From: Neovahlkampfia damariscottae
Taxonomy: Eukaryota
Length of the DNA stretch: 64,000 bases
Reading direction: 5' to 3'
Assembly: GCA_016618085.1 (NCBI GenBank)
Contig: JABLTG010000116.1
Location: forward strand, 1-64,000
Part shown: positions 1 to 12,924 of the stretch, in pieces
How positions within the stretch are numbered: position 1 is the stretch's first letter
How the letters are laid out: each line of letters begins with the position of its first letter
The notes under the pieces: generated by a model
Database searches by the model: none
Told to the model about the DNA's origin: nothing
Seen by the model: the letters and a program-made list of their open reading frames with translations, nothing else
Made by a program: the position numbers and the translations under genes

Positions 1-580
1 ATTTTCTATTGAACAACCAAGGATATTTTGAAGATTCTGGATTCTCATTTGCATTTAAAATACTGTTTTTCAATAACATAAAATTTGCATCATATCCAAG
101 ATCTTCAACAAAATGATGAGTTAAATTATAAACGAATCGAGTAATTCTCATCCATTCTTGTATTTTTTTCTTTTGTTCACTTGTTGGTTTTAAAAGAATT
201 TTTCTTGATCGAATAATTTCATCTGTATCAAGTTGTTTCTTTGATAATCCTGTTTTGTGTACAACTTGTTTGTTTTCTTTTGAACATCTTTTGATGAAAA
301 TAAAACACCTTCTGTTAATGAAGATTGTTCTACCAACTTTTTTGTCCAACAAATATTCTTGTCAACTGAAGAAGAACTTGAAGGTATACTTTTCACTTGT
401 AGCATGTCTTCTTTTTCTTTAGTCCACCAAAAAGGATACGAATATTTTCCTTGTTTATATGTTGATTTCATATTTCCTGTTTCTTTTATTTCTTCAAGTT
501 TTCTCTTTTTTATCACTTCTGTTGTTGATGTTGAAGTAACATTTTTTTCTTTCCAAAATGAATCCAATTTGAGCTGTTGG
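1..580 (-). mobile_element. Fanzor/TnpB-family (Fanzor2-like) nuclease gene, 5' part only, frameshifted, runs off the window's left end
   Basis: A minus frame open from ~360 to 1 reads IRSRKILLKPTSEQKKKIQEWMRITRFVYN...KYPWLF, the HTH_OrfB_IS605-type N-terminus of TnpB/Fanzor. The upstream frame (ORF 190-567) has PFWW and KKRK. The two frames differ by -1. Confidence 0.75.
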
Positions 581-617
581 ACATTTTAAATACTTGAGAT
601 CTTTTTCAGTATTTTCT

Positions 618-647
618 AGTTGAACAAAAGGTCTTTTTTGTTCAACT
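618..647. repeat. 12-bp perfect inverted repeat (hairpin) just upstream of the Fanzor-like gene
   Basis: AGTTGAACAAAA-(6 nt)-TTTTGTTCAACT. Confidence 0.8.
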
Positions 648-1730
648 TGAACAACTTCAAGTAAAAATTCTAAAAATAACTGGCAAAATTAAATCTAATT
701 GGCCACTTTTATCACAATAACCATCAATTCATTGGCCGTTGTCCAATCAGGTACAATTATACAAATAAATAAATTTTTATTGGATAACTTTTTTGGTTTT
801 TTTTTTATATTACAACAGGAGGTATTTTGTTTGTTACGATCTTGGATCTTCAGAAACAAAGACGAAACTGAAGAACAGTCCAAGAATTTGCAATAACTTT
901 GGCCAATTCTGATTGGTTAAAGAGTGAAGACGGAGTTATTAAATACAGCCAAATGATTGGTCATTTCAAATTATGGTATTGAGATGTGATCTAATTCATA
1001 AAAATCAATAACAGTGTCACCATCTGACTTTCACATTTTTGCAATAAAAAATAATTTTCCAGAAACCAAATACATTTCTTCAACTTCATAATACCAAAAC
1101 AATTGATTTGAAAATGAACAAAGAACTCTCCCACTTGCAAATGTATGTATTTTAAGAATCCAACCTTATGAATAATATAAATCTCTGTTTCATCTTTCAG
1201 TTGAATATTTAATTTCTGGAGAATCAGAACTATTGTTGAATTAATCATAATACTTTTTGCTTTCATATTGAAAATATTCGTGATAAAAATCTTCATAAAA
1301 ATTTGCTTTTGAAAATTTGTGAGAAAAATAATAATCTTTTTTGAAGTTGAATTGTTGAATTTAAAATAAATCTTATGTGAACCCTTCTAAGTCTTGAATA
1401 TAAAGCACACTTTCATCGTTGTCAAATGTTTCTATCCGAATTTTCTGAAAACTCTAAAAGTTTAAATTAAAAAAAAAAAATTACCTTTAAATCATATTCT
1501 TCTTTTCTCAAATGTGCACTTTCATTTTTTTCAAAACAACCAAATAACACAACTTGAAAAAATGCCAGGAGCCATGATTTAGCTTCGAAGACCAAGTGTA
1601 ATTTTGTCAAAAATCCTCAATCTCTAACTGAGTCGTATGGATTAAACAAAAAAAAAAAAAAAAATCTGATTGGATCAAATTATCAAGAGTGGACAAAACA
1701 AATTCAAAACTCAAACGAACATTGGAGGAT

Positions 1731-4290
1731 ATGGAACTTCAACCAACAAAAAAACAGAAATTAGAAAGTTCTTTGGGAAAAATTCAATCTCTTGATAAAA
1801 ATTCAATAAAAAAATTATGCTCAGGTCAAGTGGTGACCAGTTTGTCTTCAATGTTGAAAGAACTTATTGAGAATAGTATAGATGCGAGAGCTACAACAAT
1901 TGAAATAATTTTCAAAGAATATGGAATTGAAACAGTATCTGTTAGTGACAATGGAATAGGAATTTCTCAAGAAAATTATGAACATATTTGTAAACCTCAC
2001 CATACCAGTAAAATACAAACAATGGATGATATATCAAGTTTAGAAACATTAGGTTTCAGAGGTGAGGCGTTAGGTTCTCTTGCATCTTTAGCTGATATTT
2101 CTATAATAACAAAAACAAAAAATGAAAAAATAGGAAATGATCTAAAATTCAATGGAAATGAATTAGTATCAAATAAACCAACACCTAGAGAAGTAGGAAC
2201 AACTGTTATTGTAAAATCACTCTTCAAAAATCTTCCTGTACGTCATAGAGAATTACAAAAAAATATCAAAAAAGAATTTTCAAAAACCATAACTCTTATT
2301 GAACAAATAGCATTGATTAATGATAAAATAAGATTTATTGTTAAAAACCTTGTCAATGGAAGAAAGTAATATTCCTTTTTTTTATTAAAAAATAAAAGAA
2401 TTGAAAACCTTACAACAATGGGAAGATCATTAAAAGAAAATATTTCATCAATATTAGGAATATCTGTAATACAAAAATTAATTCCTTTCAATTTTAAAAA
2501 AGAAAATGAATTTGAGTAAATATATTTTTAGAATTTAATTCATTTTAGATTTAATGGTAATATCTCAAAAGCAGAAAGAGGATGTGGAAGATGTTCAAAA
2601 GATCAACAATATTTTTATATTAACAAAAGTAAAAAAGAGATTATTAAAATAAAAAAGGACCTGTTGACTTTTCAAATGCATCAAAATTAATTAATGGATT
2701 ATATCGAACTTATAATCCTCATCAATACCCTATTTTTATTTTAAATATTAACATGAATCCAAATGAATTTGATATTAATGTTGCACCAGATAAAAGACAA
2801 GCAATAATGGAAGAGGATAATATTTTAGATTTCTTAAAAGTAATCATTATAATTTTGTTAATCTTAGAATTCTTTATTTGAAATTTGGGAACCAAAAGAA
2901 TTATCTTATGATTTAAGTGAACAAGAATTGAATTCAAATTTATCAACTCAAGATTTTAATAAAGAAGAAAAAAAAGAATACATGAATGAAATGGAAGAAT
3001 TAGAATACTTGAAACAATATCATGAAAATAAAAACAAGTCAACTTATGGTGAAATTTTGAATTTAAAAATGGTATCTGTTTCTGTAAAACCAGCAGATTG
3101 GCCAATTAAGATTCAAAGATCAAAAAATCATGAATTAGGAAATTATAAGATCAGTTCATATTATTTAACACAAAAAGAATCACTACAAGATAATAAAACG
3201 AATACAACAAATGAATCAAGTAGTACTTCAAGTCAAAATGAATCAAATAATAGCTCAGATGATGAAGAAGAAGAAGAAGAAATTAAACCATCAAAGAGAT
3301 ATTCAACTTTTACAATCAATAGTTCATTAAATAATGATTCATTGAAATATTCACAACATTCAATCAATCAATTATCAGATAGTTCTTTATCAAGTCAAGA
3401 AGATAATCCAATAAACTTGTTTGAAATAAAGATAATGAATAAATCTAAAGAATTAAATGAAATAACTATGAATAGTAATCAAAATAAAATACTTGAAGGA
3501 TTAAATAAAGATATAAAGAATAAATCTAATTCAAAGTCATTATTTAAAAGTAAAATAAAAAAAGGAAATGATGAAGAATGTGAAAAAGAATTGAATAGAT
3601 TGATAAAACGTGAAACTTTTAAAGAAATGAAAGTAATTGGTCAATATAATCAAGCATTCATTATTTCACAATTAAAGAATGATTTATTCATTTTAGATCA
3701 ACATGCATGTGATGAAAAATATAATTATGAGACATTATTTGAAACAACAATAATCAATACACAACCTTTAATAACGTAATAACATTTTAAATTTGAAATA
3801 ATAAAATAGACCAAAAAAATTAAATTTATCATTGGAAGAAGAAGATATTGTCATTCAAAATATTTCAATTTTTGAAAAATATGGATTTAATTTTAATATA
3901 GATTTAAATGGAAGAATTAAAGAAAGAGTGTGGTTAAAAACAGTTCCATTTAGTAAACAAACAACATTTAATGAAAATGGTAATTCTCTCTTTTTTTTAA
4001 TGTAACAAACCTATTTTAAAGATGTTAGAGAAATGATATTTTATTTGATAGAAAATCCAAATTTATCTTGTAGACCTTCAAAATTTCAAAAAATGTTTGC
4101 TTCAAGAGCTTGTAGAAGTAATATTATTTCTTTCTAATATGTTTTAGAATCTGTAATGTTTGGAAAGGATTTAAGTATTCAAGAAATGCAAAAGATTGTT
4201 GATAATTTAAGTGAAATATATCTTCCTTGGAATTGTCCACATGGTCGTCCCACAATGAGACATCTTTTTGATTTACAAAAATTGGAATAA
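1731..4290 (+). CDS. PMS2: Mismatch repair endonuclease PMS2/PMS1 (MutL family), about 7 tiny introns
   Basis: KELIENSIDA, DNGIGI and GFRGEAL GHKL motifs; intact DQHACDEKYNYE endonuclease motif; C-terminal WNCPHGRPTMRHL. Confidence 0.95.
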
Positions 4291-4328
4291 ATTTTGTTAA
4301 TTTTTATTGGTCAAACCAGTGTCAGATT

Positions 4329-4424
4329 ATGACCATTCGGAGGGGATTAAATTGTAAAACTTGTGATCAACCATTAGGAGTAGGATTACAAAAATTAGCT
4401 GGAATATTATTTAAAGAAGAATAA
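4329..4424 (+). CDS. Putative 31-aa microprotein with CxxC (MTIRRGLNCKTCDQPLGVGLQKLAGILFKEE)
   Basis: ATG about 20 nt after an ATTGGTC box. The TAA stop sits inside AATAAA as in neighbouring genes. The ORF fills the gap between PMS2 and the next gene. Confidence 0.45.
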   Translation: MTIRRGLNCKTCDQPLGVGLQKLAGILFKEE

Positions 4425-4441
4425 AAAATTATACATTTTCA

Positions 4442-5161
4442 TTATTGATTTTCAATTTCACTCTTAGCTTTTTCTGATGATTTTGTAATTTCATCAATTT
4501 GTTTTTTAGTTATATAGGATATTATAATAATTGATAATATTGATATTATTAATCCTAAAATCATCCATTTTTTATCTATTTGATTGGATTCACTCAAATT
4601 TCGCATTGTACTTCCAAAATAACTATACACAAAAATACTTGGAACAAGTCCAAAAAAAGTACCAATAAAGTAATCAAAAAAATTAATTTTTGTCACTCCA
4701 AAAGCATAATTCAATAAAGGAAAAGGAAATATTGGTGCTAATCTCGTCAAAAAAGCGATCAATAATCCTTTTTTTTCTATCGCTATCAACAATGAATTCA
4801 AGCCTTTTGAATTTTCATGAACCCATTCTTTGAAAAAATACCTTCCAAGAAAAAATGAAACAGTTGCTCCAATCATACATCCTCCTAAAGTTCCTAAACT
4901 TCCAATTATGCTTTGAAATAAAAAGCCAAAAGCAACATTAAATGGTGTTGAAGAGATGAAAAGAGGTGTTGTGAAACTTAGTAACAAAAATAAAACGATA
5001 AAACTCGTCATTGGATCCAGTTTATCAATGAATTTCATGAAGTTTTCAAACGACAAATGTTGATAAATACTGTACAATCCAAACTCATGCTCCAAATATA
5101 GTGCCATAATTGAGACAAAAGAAATAACAAATAGTAAAATTTTGGTCCTTGTAGTGAACAT
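4442..5161 (-). CDS. TVP38/TMEM64 (VTT/DedA, SNARE-associated) membrane protein
   Basis: GATVSFFLGRY and RLAPIFPFPLLNYAFG motifs; multiple TM segments. Confidence 0.9.
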   Translation of the reverse strand: MFTTRTKILLFVISFVSIMALYLEHEFGLYSIYQHLSFENFMKFIDKLDPMTSFIVLFLLLSFTTPLFISSTPFNVAFGFLFQSIIGSLGTLGGCMIGATVSFFLGRYFFKEWVHENSKGLNSLLIAIEKKGLLIAFLTRLAPIFPFPLLNYAFGVTKINFFDYFIGTFFGLVPSIFVYSYFGSTMRNLSESNQIDKKWMILGLIISILSIIIISYITKKQIDEITKSSEKAKSEIENQ

Positions 5162-5232
5162 TGTAGGTGTTTGGTGATTTAAAATTGAACCTTATCTGAT
5201 TGGTTGATGATATTTCGAAGTGTTATTGACAA

Positions 5233-5932
5233 ATGTTTGAAGGTAAATTTTTATCTTTAAAGAAAGATGAAAATCAAATATATTTTCTTCATTTACATCA
5301 TGAAGAGAATACATTCAACTCTAGAATGATTATAGAGTTAAAAAAGTGTGTGCACATTTTAAAGTAAACTAAAAACTAAATAACTTTAAAAGAAATACTC
5401 CTGGTCGTGGATTAATTACCACTGGTTCATCTAAATTTTTTTCAAATGGAGTTGATTTGAAAAATACCAAAAATGTTGAACTCTTTTTGATAGAACTAGA
5501 AAGTACTGTTATTGATTTTATAAAGTTACCATTTCCAACTATTGCTGCAATAAATGGACATGCATTTGGTGGTGGTTTATTATTTGCATTGGCACATGAT
5601 TTTCGATTTATGAGAGAAGACAGAGGTTGGGTTTGTATACCTGCAGTTAAATTAGATATTGATTTACCATCTTCATTTATTGATATTATTTCGTAATTTA
5701 TTTTTCAATTCATCATTTTAGATTAAAAGTTGGAACTGTGAATGCAAAAGAAATATTATTATTAGGAAAGAAATATATTTCAAAAGAAGCAAAGAACTTG
5801 AATATTATTGATGATTATTTTTCAAATGAAGATTTAATCAAAAAATCAAAAGAATTTTTAATGAATATATCACAAAAATCAGCTTATTATAAATCAAGAA
5901 ATAAACTTTATTCAAAACTTTATTTTTTCTAA
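5233..5932 (+). CDS. Enoyl-CoA delta-isomerase/hydratase (crotonase family), 2 introns
   Basis: KFFSNGVDL and PTIAAINGHAFGGG...AHDFR motifs. Confidence 0.9.
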
Positions 5933-6642
5933 TTACATTTCCGAGTCTTCCAAAAGTCTGATTTGAATTAACATTGTAATGAAACCAATAAAAAATGCAC
6001 CAAAAATTAGTTTGGTTTGTTCATAATTCAATCCATAAAGTTTAGAAATTAAATAAATAATAATAAGTCCAATCAAAGTAGGAGTATAATAAAGTGCTCC
6101 TCTTGATTGTACAAAATTATTTTTGTTATTATTTCTCACTAATATTTCATTTAATTCTTCTTCTGAAGTAGACTTTGTTACATTATCGGTTTTTGAACTC
6201 TCTTTTATAATTTTGGATTTTAGAATTTTACTTCCAGCAACGTTCATTTTTTTATTTTGAATTTTAACCAGAAACTGATGCTCAACTAAATCTAATACTT
6301 TATCTAATGGTGCATTTGGATGTATTTTTATCTCTCTAAAATTGAAGTCTAAAAAAAAGTTGCACTTACAATTGCTTTTTTGATTGAGGTTTTATTTTTC
6401 CTGATTCTTCCACTGTATAATACTCTGGTGAGGTAGATTTTAATTTATACTATGTCATTTAGAAAAAATTGAATCAATTTACTTCCAAAGCATAAGAGTT
6501 TGGATTTAATAAAGTCAAAGGTGCTCTTGTTTTATTCTAAAGGAATTAAAAGGTCAGATTTATTTACTGAAATGTTGAAAACTAATTCTTTTTCTTCTAC
6601 ATGGCATGGAATTTGAGTTGGGTTCGTCAAAGATGAATCCAT
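5933..6642 (-). CDS. MSP-domain protein with two C-terminal TM helices (MOSPD-like), 3 introns
   Basis: Spliced product contains LTLLNPNSYALEYKLKSTSPEYYTV (MSP-like) and joins the ORF at 5933-6247. Confidence 0.6.
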
Positions 6643-6826
6643 AGCACTTCAAAAACAATTTTCGAAGGTTAACATGTTGGACCAATGAAAATTTTTTAAA
6701 AAATCCTCTAAATTGACAAATGGTATTTTTTTGTATCATTTCATTTTTTTATTAATTTTTCTGATTTTTGTTTCTGCTCCAATCATCTTTAAAAAATGAA
6801 CTCGATTAGCCAATAGCATTAGTCTA

Positions 6827-7718
6827 ATGTCTCTCTCCAACGAAGATACACTCCGCATTGTTAAACACTTTCTTCTTTCATCACCTCCAGGTGAATTTGA
6901 AGATGTACTTTCTGGTAATTTTATTTTTCAAGAATTAATTTTCAGATGTCCGTACTTTAGTTAATGATGATGAATTATTAAATCAAGGTGCATTAGACAT
7001 TTTCCGTTCATACAATGTTGAACAACTTATCCCAGTAGATGTTTCTGATAAAGGATATAAAGCTATTTTGTGCAGTTTTGGAGAACTTGACACTAATCGT
7101 TATTTGGACCCACGTTCAAATTTAGTTTTAACAGTAAATCATGTGAAAGGAGTAAAAACAAAAATGTATTCTAATTTTAATTAGACAGTTGAAAATGTTG
7201 AAGATAATGATAGTTCACCACAAGATGAAAAACAACGTGCTGAAGTTGAAAAAGTTGTTGACTCATATGTTACAGATTATTATTTAGATGGTGTTGCATC
7301 TGTATTCCCACAACAAAGTGGAACAGATTATATTATTTGCATTTGTGGTTCAAAATTCAACGAAAAGAATTTTTGGAGTGGAAGATGGAGATCTGTTTGG
7401 AAAGTATCATTTGATGGAAAAAAAGTTAAAGTCAGTGGATCAGTAAAAGTAAATGTTCATTATTATGAAAGAGGAAACGTTCAACTCAATACAACAAAAG
7501 AATATGCTGAAACTATTGAATCAAAATCAGAAGATGAAGCAGTTACATCAATTGCTAAAGTACTTGCAAAAGTAGAAACTACTTTTATGAAAGAAATTGA
7601 TGGTGCTTGCAATAATTTATCCGAAACATTTAAAAGTCTTCGTCGTCGTCTTCCAATTTCAAAACAACTCTTTAACTTTGCTAGTAACGAACATAAACTT
7701 GCAACAAATTTCAAATAA
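6827..7718 (+). CDS. CAPZA: F-actin capping protein subunit alpha, 2 introns
   Basis: SPPGEFEDV, NFWSGRWRSVW, VHYYERGNVQL and FKSLRRRLPI motifs. Confidence 0.93.
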
Positions 7719-7787
7719 ATATTTTTTTTTATTTTTATTTTATTTGACGAATCAAAAGATAGTTTGAAAATAAAACAATAATTAACC

Positions 7788-10700
7788 ATGGATACTGTTT
7801 CTGTATCATTTTCATTGATTACAAGATTTGTAAATTTTTTAAGAAGAGAATTAATAGCTATTTTGAGTTTCAGTTTTGTTGTTGGAATAATAATTCCAAG
7901 TTTTATTATAGGTGCAAAGAATATACGTACTAAATATTTATATAATCATTTTTCATGTGAAATATCATCTAATTCATATTTATTACCAAATTCAATAATA
8001 CCAATTAAATATGATTTAACAGTTACACCTTTTATTTCTCAATCTAAATTTAATGGTATTATTAAAATTGATTTAGAAGTAAAATTATATTAATTTTAAA
8101 ATAAAGATAATTAAACCAACAAGTTGTATTTATTTAAATTCATTAAATTTAAATATTTTAAACTTTCAATTTTTTGATTATTCAAATAAAGAATATAAAA
8201 TGAAATTAGAATATATACCAAAATATGAACAAATAATATTATCTTATAAAGGTGGATATTTTAGATTTAGAAAAGGAAAATATTATTTAATTTTAAAATA
8301 TACTGGTATTATAAATCATCAAAAAGAGATGGGATTACATTTTATAAATAATAATATGAATAATATATTATCAACATCATTACAATTAAATTATGCAAGA
8401 CAAGTATTTCCATGGTAATTTAAATTTATTTTTTTTAATTTTTTAGTTTTGATGAACCAAATTTAAAATCAAATTTTAAACTTCAAATTATAAATACAAA
8501 TAATACAATTATACCTTATATTATTTCAAATACACCATTATTAAATAAAATAAAAAATAAATATATATTTAAAACAACATCAAAAATATCAACATGTTCA
8601 TTTGGTTTTTATTTTCAAACAAATATTAAATTAAAAAATAAAACAACTAATATTGTAAATACAAAAATATATAATATTTATCATAATCATTTAAATTTAA
8701 ATCAAAATTTAATTCAATCTTTATTTAATTTAACAATAAGTACTTCAAATTATTTATTAAATCATTTTAATTTAAATTTTACAAAAATTGATATCATTTT
8801 TGAAAAAAAGTAAGATTCTTTAAAATATTAAATAATAGTATAATTAATAATGAAAATAAAGTAATAATATTATTTATTATTAAAAATATAGATTCCAAAT
8901 TTTGGTTATCTTTTATTAAATGAAGATTTATTATTTGATAAAAACTCAATGAAATTAGAATATTTATTAATAAATAAATTAATTAAAATGTTTATTAATC
9001 ATTTAATTACAATAGTATAAATTAATTTATTTTAATGATGAATAGGAATCTTGGACATTTAATTGGATAAAAGATGTAATATTTAAATTATATTTAAAAT
9101 AAATAATAAATTAGGGATTATCAAATTTTTTAACATTTAATTATTTAAAAAATAGAAATGAAGAATATACTTTACATTTAATTCAAAATGAAATTAATTC
9201 AATTATTGAAATTGATTCATTATCGTCTTCTAAAACACTTTTATATAATTTTAAATTGAATTTTGGATTAGATTATTTAAATTCAATAAAAAAAGGTACA
9301 ATATTATTTAAATATCTTTATAATGAAATGGGGAATAATTCATTTTTTAATTGGATAAATGATTTAAAAATAGAATTATCAATGAATGATTTATCTTTAT
9401 TAAATACAATACCATTAAAATATAAATTCATATTAGATAGATGGATATACTTTTCAGGTGTACCAATAATATACATAAATAATAATGAAAATAATGTTCA
9501 ATTTTTTCAAAAAAGATTTTATTCACATTTTCCACTTGTGAATGAAATTAATTATTGGACTATACCATTTCAATATATGAATTCAAATAGTAGTAAATTA
9601 TTTAAAGTTACAATGAATGTATGAATTAAATATATATTTTAAATCATTTAGAATACAATGTTAAAATATAATCAATCATTATTAAAAATAAATGATTGGA
9701 TATTAATTAAAAATGAATTATCATTTCCATATTTAATTAATTATCCAATAAATGTATGGAATAATCTAATTAAAGAAATAGAAAATAATAATACATTAAT
9801 ATCCAATAATGATAAAATTAAATTATTAAATGATGCATATTATTTAACAAAATCAGGTGAATTAAATATAAAATATGTAATAATTATTTTTAAATTTATT
9901 TTTTTTTTAAATAGCTTTTTAATTTAATTTTATCTTTAAAAAATGAAAAGTCATATTATGTTTGGATTAATTTAACTAATATTATATTTAAAATATCAAA
10001 TATTTTAAAGAATCAATTTAATAATGATGAATTTATATTAATTCATTTTAATGTAAGACCACAATAAATTTAAATTAATATTTAAAGAGATTTATATTAA
10101 ATGTATTAAATGAAACTAAAAATGAATTAAATTTACAAATAAAAAAGAATGAAACAATAGAAGAAAAAGAATTTAAAAAATTAATATTTTATTCATTAGG
10201 ATATTTTGGAGATGAAGATATAATTAAAATATCAAATGAATTTAATATTAATCAATTAAATAATGAATTAATGAATGAAATATTTAAAATTAAAATAATG
10301 TATTCAAATAGTTCAATTGAATATTTACAATTATTATCTCTTTATCAAAAATATAAATCTCAACAATTTTATTTACCTTTAACTCAAACTACTAATTTAA
10401 ATTTAATTTCAAATGTATTGAATTTATTATTTTTAGTACCTATTAATTTTTATTTAACTTTACCTTTTTTTTTTAGAATCAAAATAAATTTGAATCCATT
10501 TTATATTTATTAAAAAATCAATTCACCAATAATTTAGCATGGGAGTTTTTGAGAGAAAATTATTCAGTTTTAAAAAATGAGTAATATTTATCATTGTTAA
10601 TATTTTTAGTTATTCAAATTTATTTTTAAATCAAAATGAATATCTATTTATTCAATACTTTAATTCTCATTTAAAAAAGTATCAAGTTGATCATTTTTTT

Positions 10701-10802
10701 GAAGGAAAAGAAATTTTAAAAAATTTAGTTGATTCAAATATTAATTTTATTAGAGAAAATTTAATAGAAATGAAAAATTGGTTGAAAAATTATCATCAAT
10801 AA
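7788..10802 (+). CDS. Type II membrane M1 aminopeptidase N-like protein, catalytic motifs degenerate, about 11 introns
   Basis: LPNSIIPIKYDL, YARQVFPCFDEP, WIYFSGVP and INYP..W..L (ERAP1-C-like) motifs; N-terminal TM. Confidence 0.75.
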
Positions 10803-10875
10803 AATTGTATTCTTTGACCAATCAACATCTAAACCAATTCACCAAAAAAAACATAAAACTAAACCAAAACTCAAA

Positions 10876-11724
10876 ATGTTATTTGAATTGATTATTGTAC
10901 TATCATTTGGTGTTATTATATTAATAGTACCAACATTTAATATGTTTGATGGTGAAAAACAAAAGAAAGTATTTTCCAATCGAATTGGATATTTTCTAAT
11001 AAATTTACCACATTTAATTATACCAATAGTAATATCTAAGATTATAGTATCACCTTTAGAATCATTAAAAACAATGGCACAATTAAATGATGATTCTTTT
11101 GATATTCTATTTGGTGGTATTTATTGTATTATTACAGGAACAATATTATTATGTTTCATTGAATCTTTAAAAAGAATGATTTATAAAAAAGAATCATCAT
11201 TCATTTTTCAAATTATTTATATTTTATTTTTAATTTTAATATATCCATTATCAACAATTTATGTTCATCTTTTATCAGGTTTTTTTAAATGTTAATTTCT
11301 AATGTTTTGAAATACAGATTCAATGAATATTTATTTTGGAATTATTGATTGTTTTAACAATTTATTAGAACAAGGTATATTTAATTTATTTAATGGAATA
11401 CATTTTTATTTATTACGTATTATTCTATTGGATAATCTGATATTAAAATTATTAGAATATAAAATAAAATATAATGAGAATATTAAATTTTGGAAAAGGA
11501 CAATATTTGAATATATTTGTTTAATGATAGTATCTTTGTTAACTTATCCCTTATTAACATTACAAATCAAATCTCAAAAATTTATTCAATTAAAATCAGA
11601 TGATTTATTTGATGGAATATTTTATGTTCCATTCATTATATTTTTGGAAATAATGTTTAAAAATATGTTTGAATCTATCACAAAATATTATTTTCATTTT
11701 AAATATTCAAATTTACCATTATAA
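10876..11724 (+). CDS. Divergent mitochondrial carrier family protein, 1 intron (11279-11317)
   Basis: Three Px[DE]xx[KR]-like motifs (PLESLK, YPLSTI, YPLLTL) and YFGIIDCF...EQG..NLFNG. Confidence 0.6.
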
Positions 11725-11844
11725 CTTTGCATCCAATAAAAATTCACTTCAATTTCATTGGTGGTACTTAGTAAGAATTAACCGATCAAATGTTGTCCAA
11801 CAAGTAACTCTTTTTTTTTTTTTGTTTAAATTTAAAGAAATAAA

Positions 11845-12890
11845 ATGAATAATACTTCAGAAGAAGATTGGTCCAAATATTTACCTACAAAGTTAAGACA
11901 AAGAAAAGAGAAATTAGTTGAAATAAAACCAAACCATAAAAAACTTCAGATTCCAAAAGATCTTTTGAGTTACTTATTTTCATTTTTAGATTATAAAGAA
12001 ATGAGAAATGTCAGACTTGTTTGTCATCATTGGAAATACTTTGTAAATGAAGCATGTTTAATGAAAATACTTGAATATTCAACTTTAATGAATTTTACGT
12101 ATTTATCTTTATTTTAAATAACATTTAAAGAAATGATGAGCAAACATTTAATCAAAATTATTATAAAGGTGTAAAGGATACTTTAACAAACTTTGGTATT
12201 GATTTATCACCTTCTGGATTGATGGTATTATGTTCATATTTATATCTTCCTGTAATATCATATACAATGTATACTACTACACCATATGGTTCGAAAAATG
12301 ATTTTATTCATCTTTTTGAAAGGTTTAATGGCTACTGTTGGATGGAGTGGTGCTAAGTGGATTGCTGGTCCAACTTACAGTAAATTCTTTGCATATACCA
12401 CACCTGTTTTATCTGTGGTTACAGGAAGTTCATCCATACTATCTGTTTTAACGTCATATTTTTATTGGCAATTCTATTATTCTCTACCAGAGACAATGAA
12501 AAAAGTAAATTAATTAAATGATTAATGTAGATAAAGATGGCAAAAGGATGGTTGTATACATTATATAATTCAGGTACTATTCAAAAAAGGTTATTGAATA
12601 GAGGATTAAATTGTTTGTATTCTGTTAAACCGATTGAAGATGATGAATCAAATGAATGGATGTTAATTGAAAAAATTGATAAAACAGATAAATATGCTGA
12701 TATTAAAATTAATTCACTTGAAGTTTTTGGTTTGAAAAAAGAAAAATTTGATGAAGAGTATTTTCCTGTATCAGAAGAAACTATTGAACAAGAAGAAGAT
12801 TATACCAAAGGTATATTTTTTACACCACAAAAATCATGGTCAGATTCAATAGAAATGAATTATTTTGTTGAAGATGATGAAGAATTTTGA
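11845..12890 (+). CDS. F-box protein with predicted TM region, 3 introns
   Basis: IPKDLLSYLFSFLD...VRLVCHHW F-box motif. Confidence 0.7.
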
Positions 12891-12924
12891 AGAAAAAAAA
12901 AAAAAAAAAATTAAAAATTGTAAA

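Noticed and set aside
991..1600. Minus-strand gene with one intron
   Set aside because: Multiple stops and no recognisable family; probably a decayed fragment.
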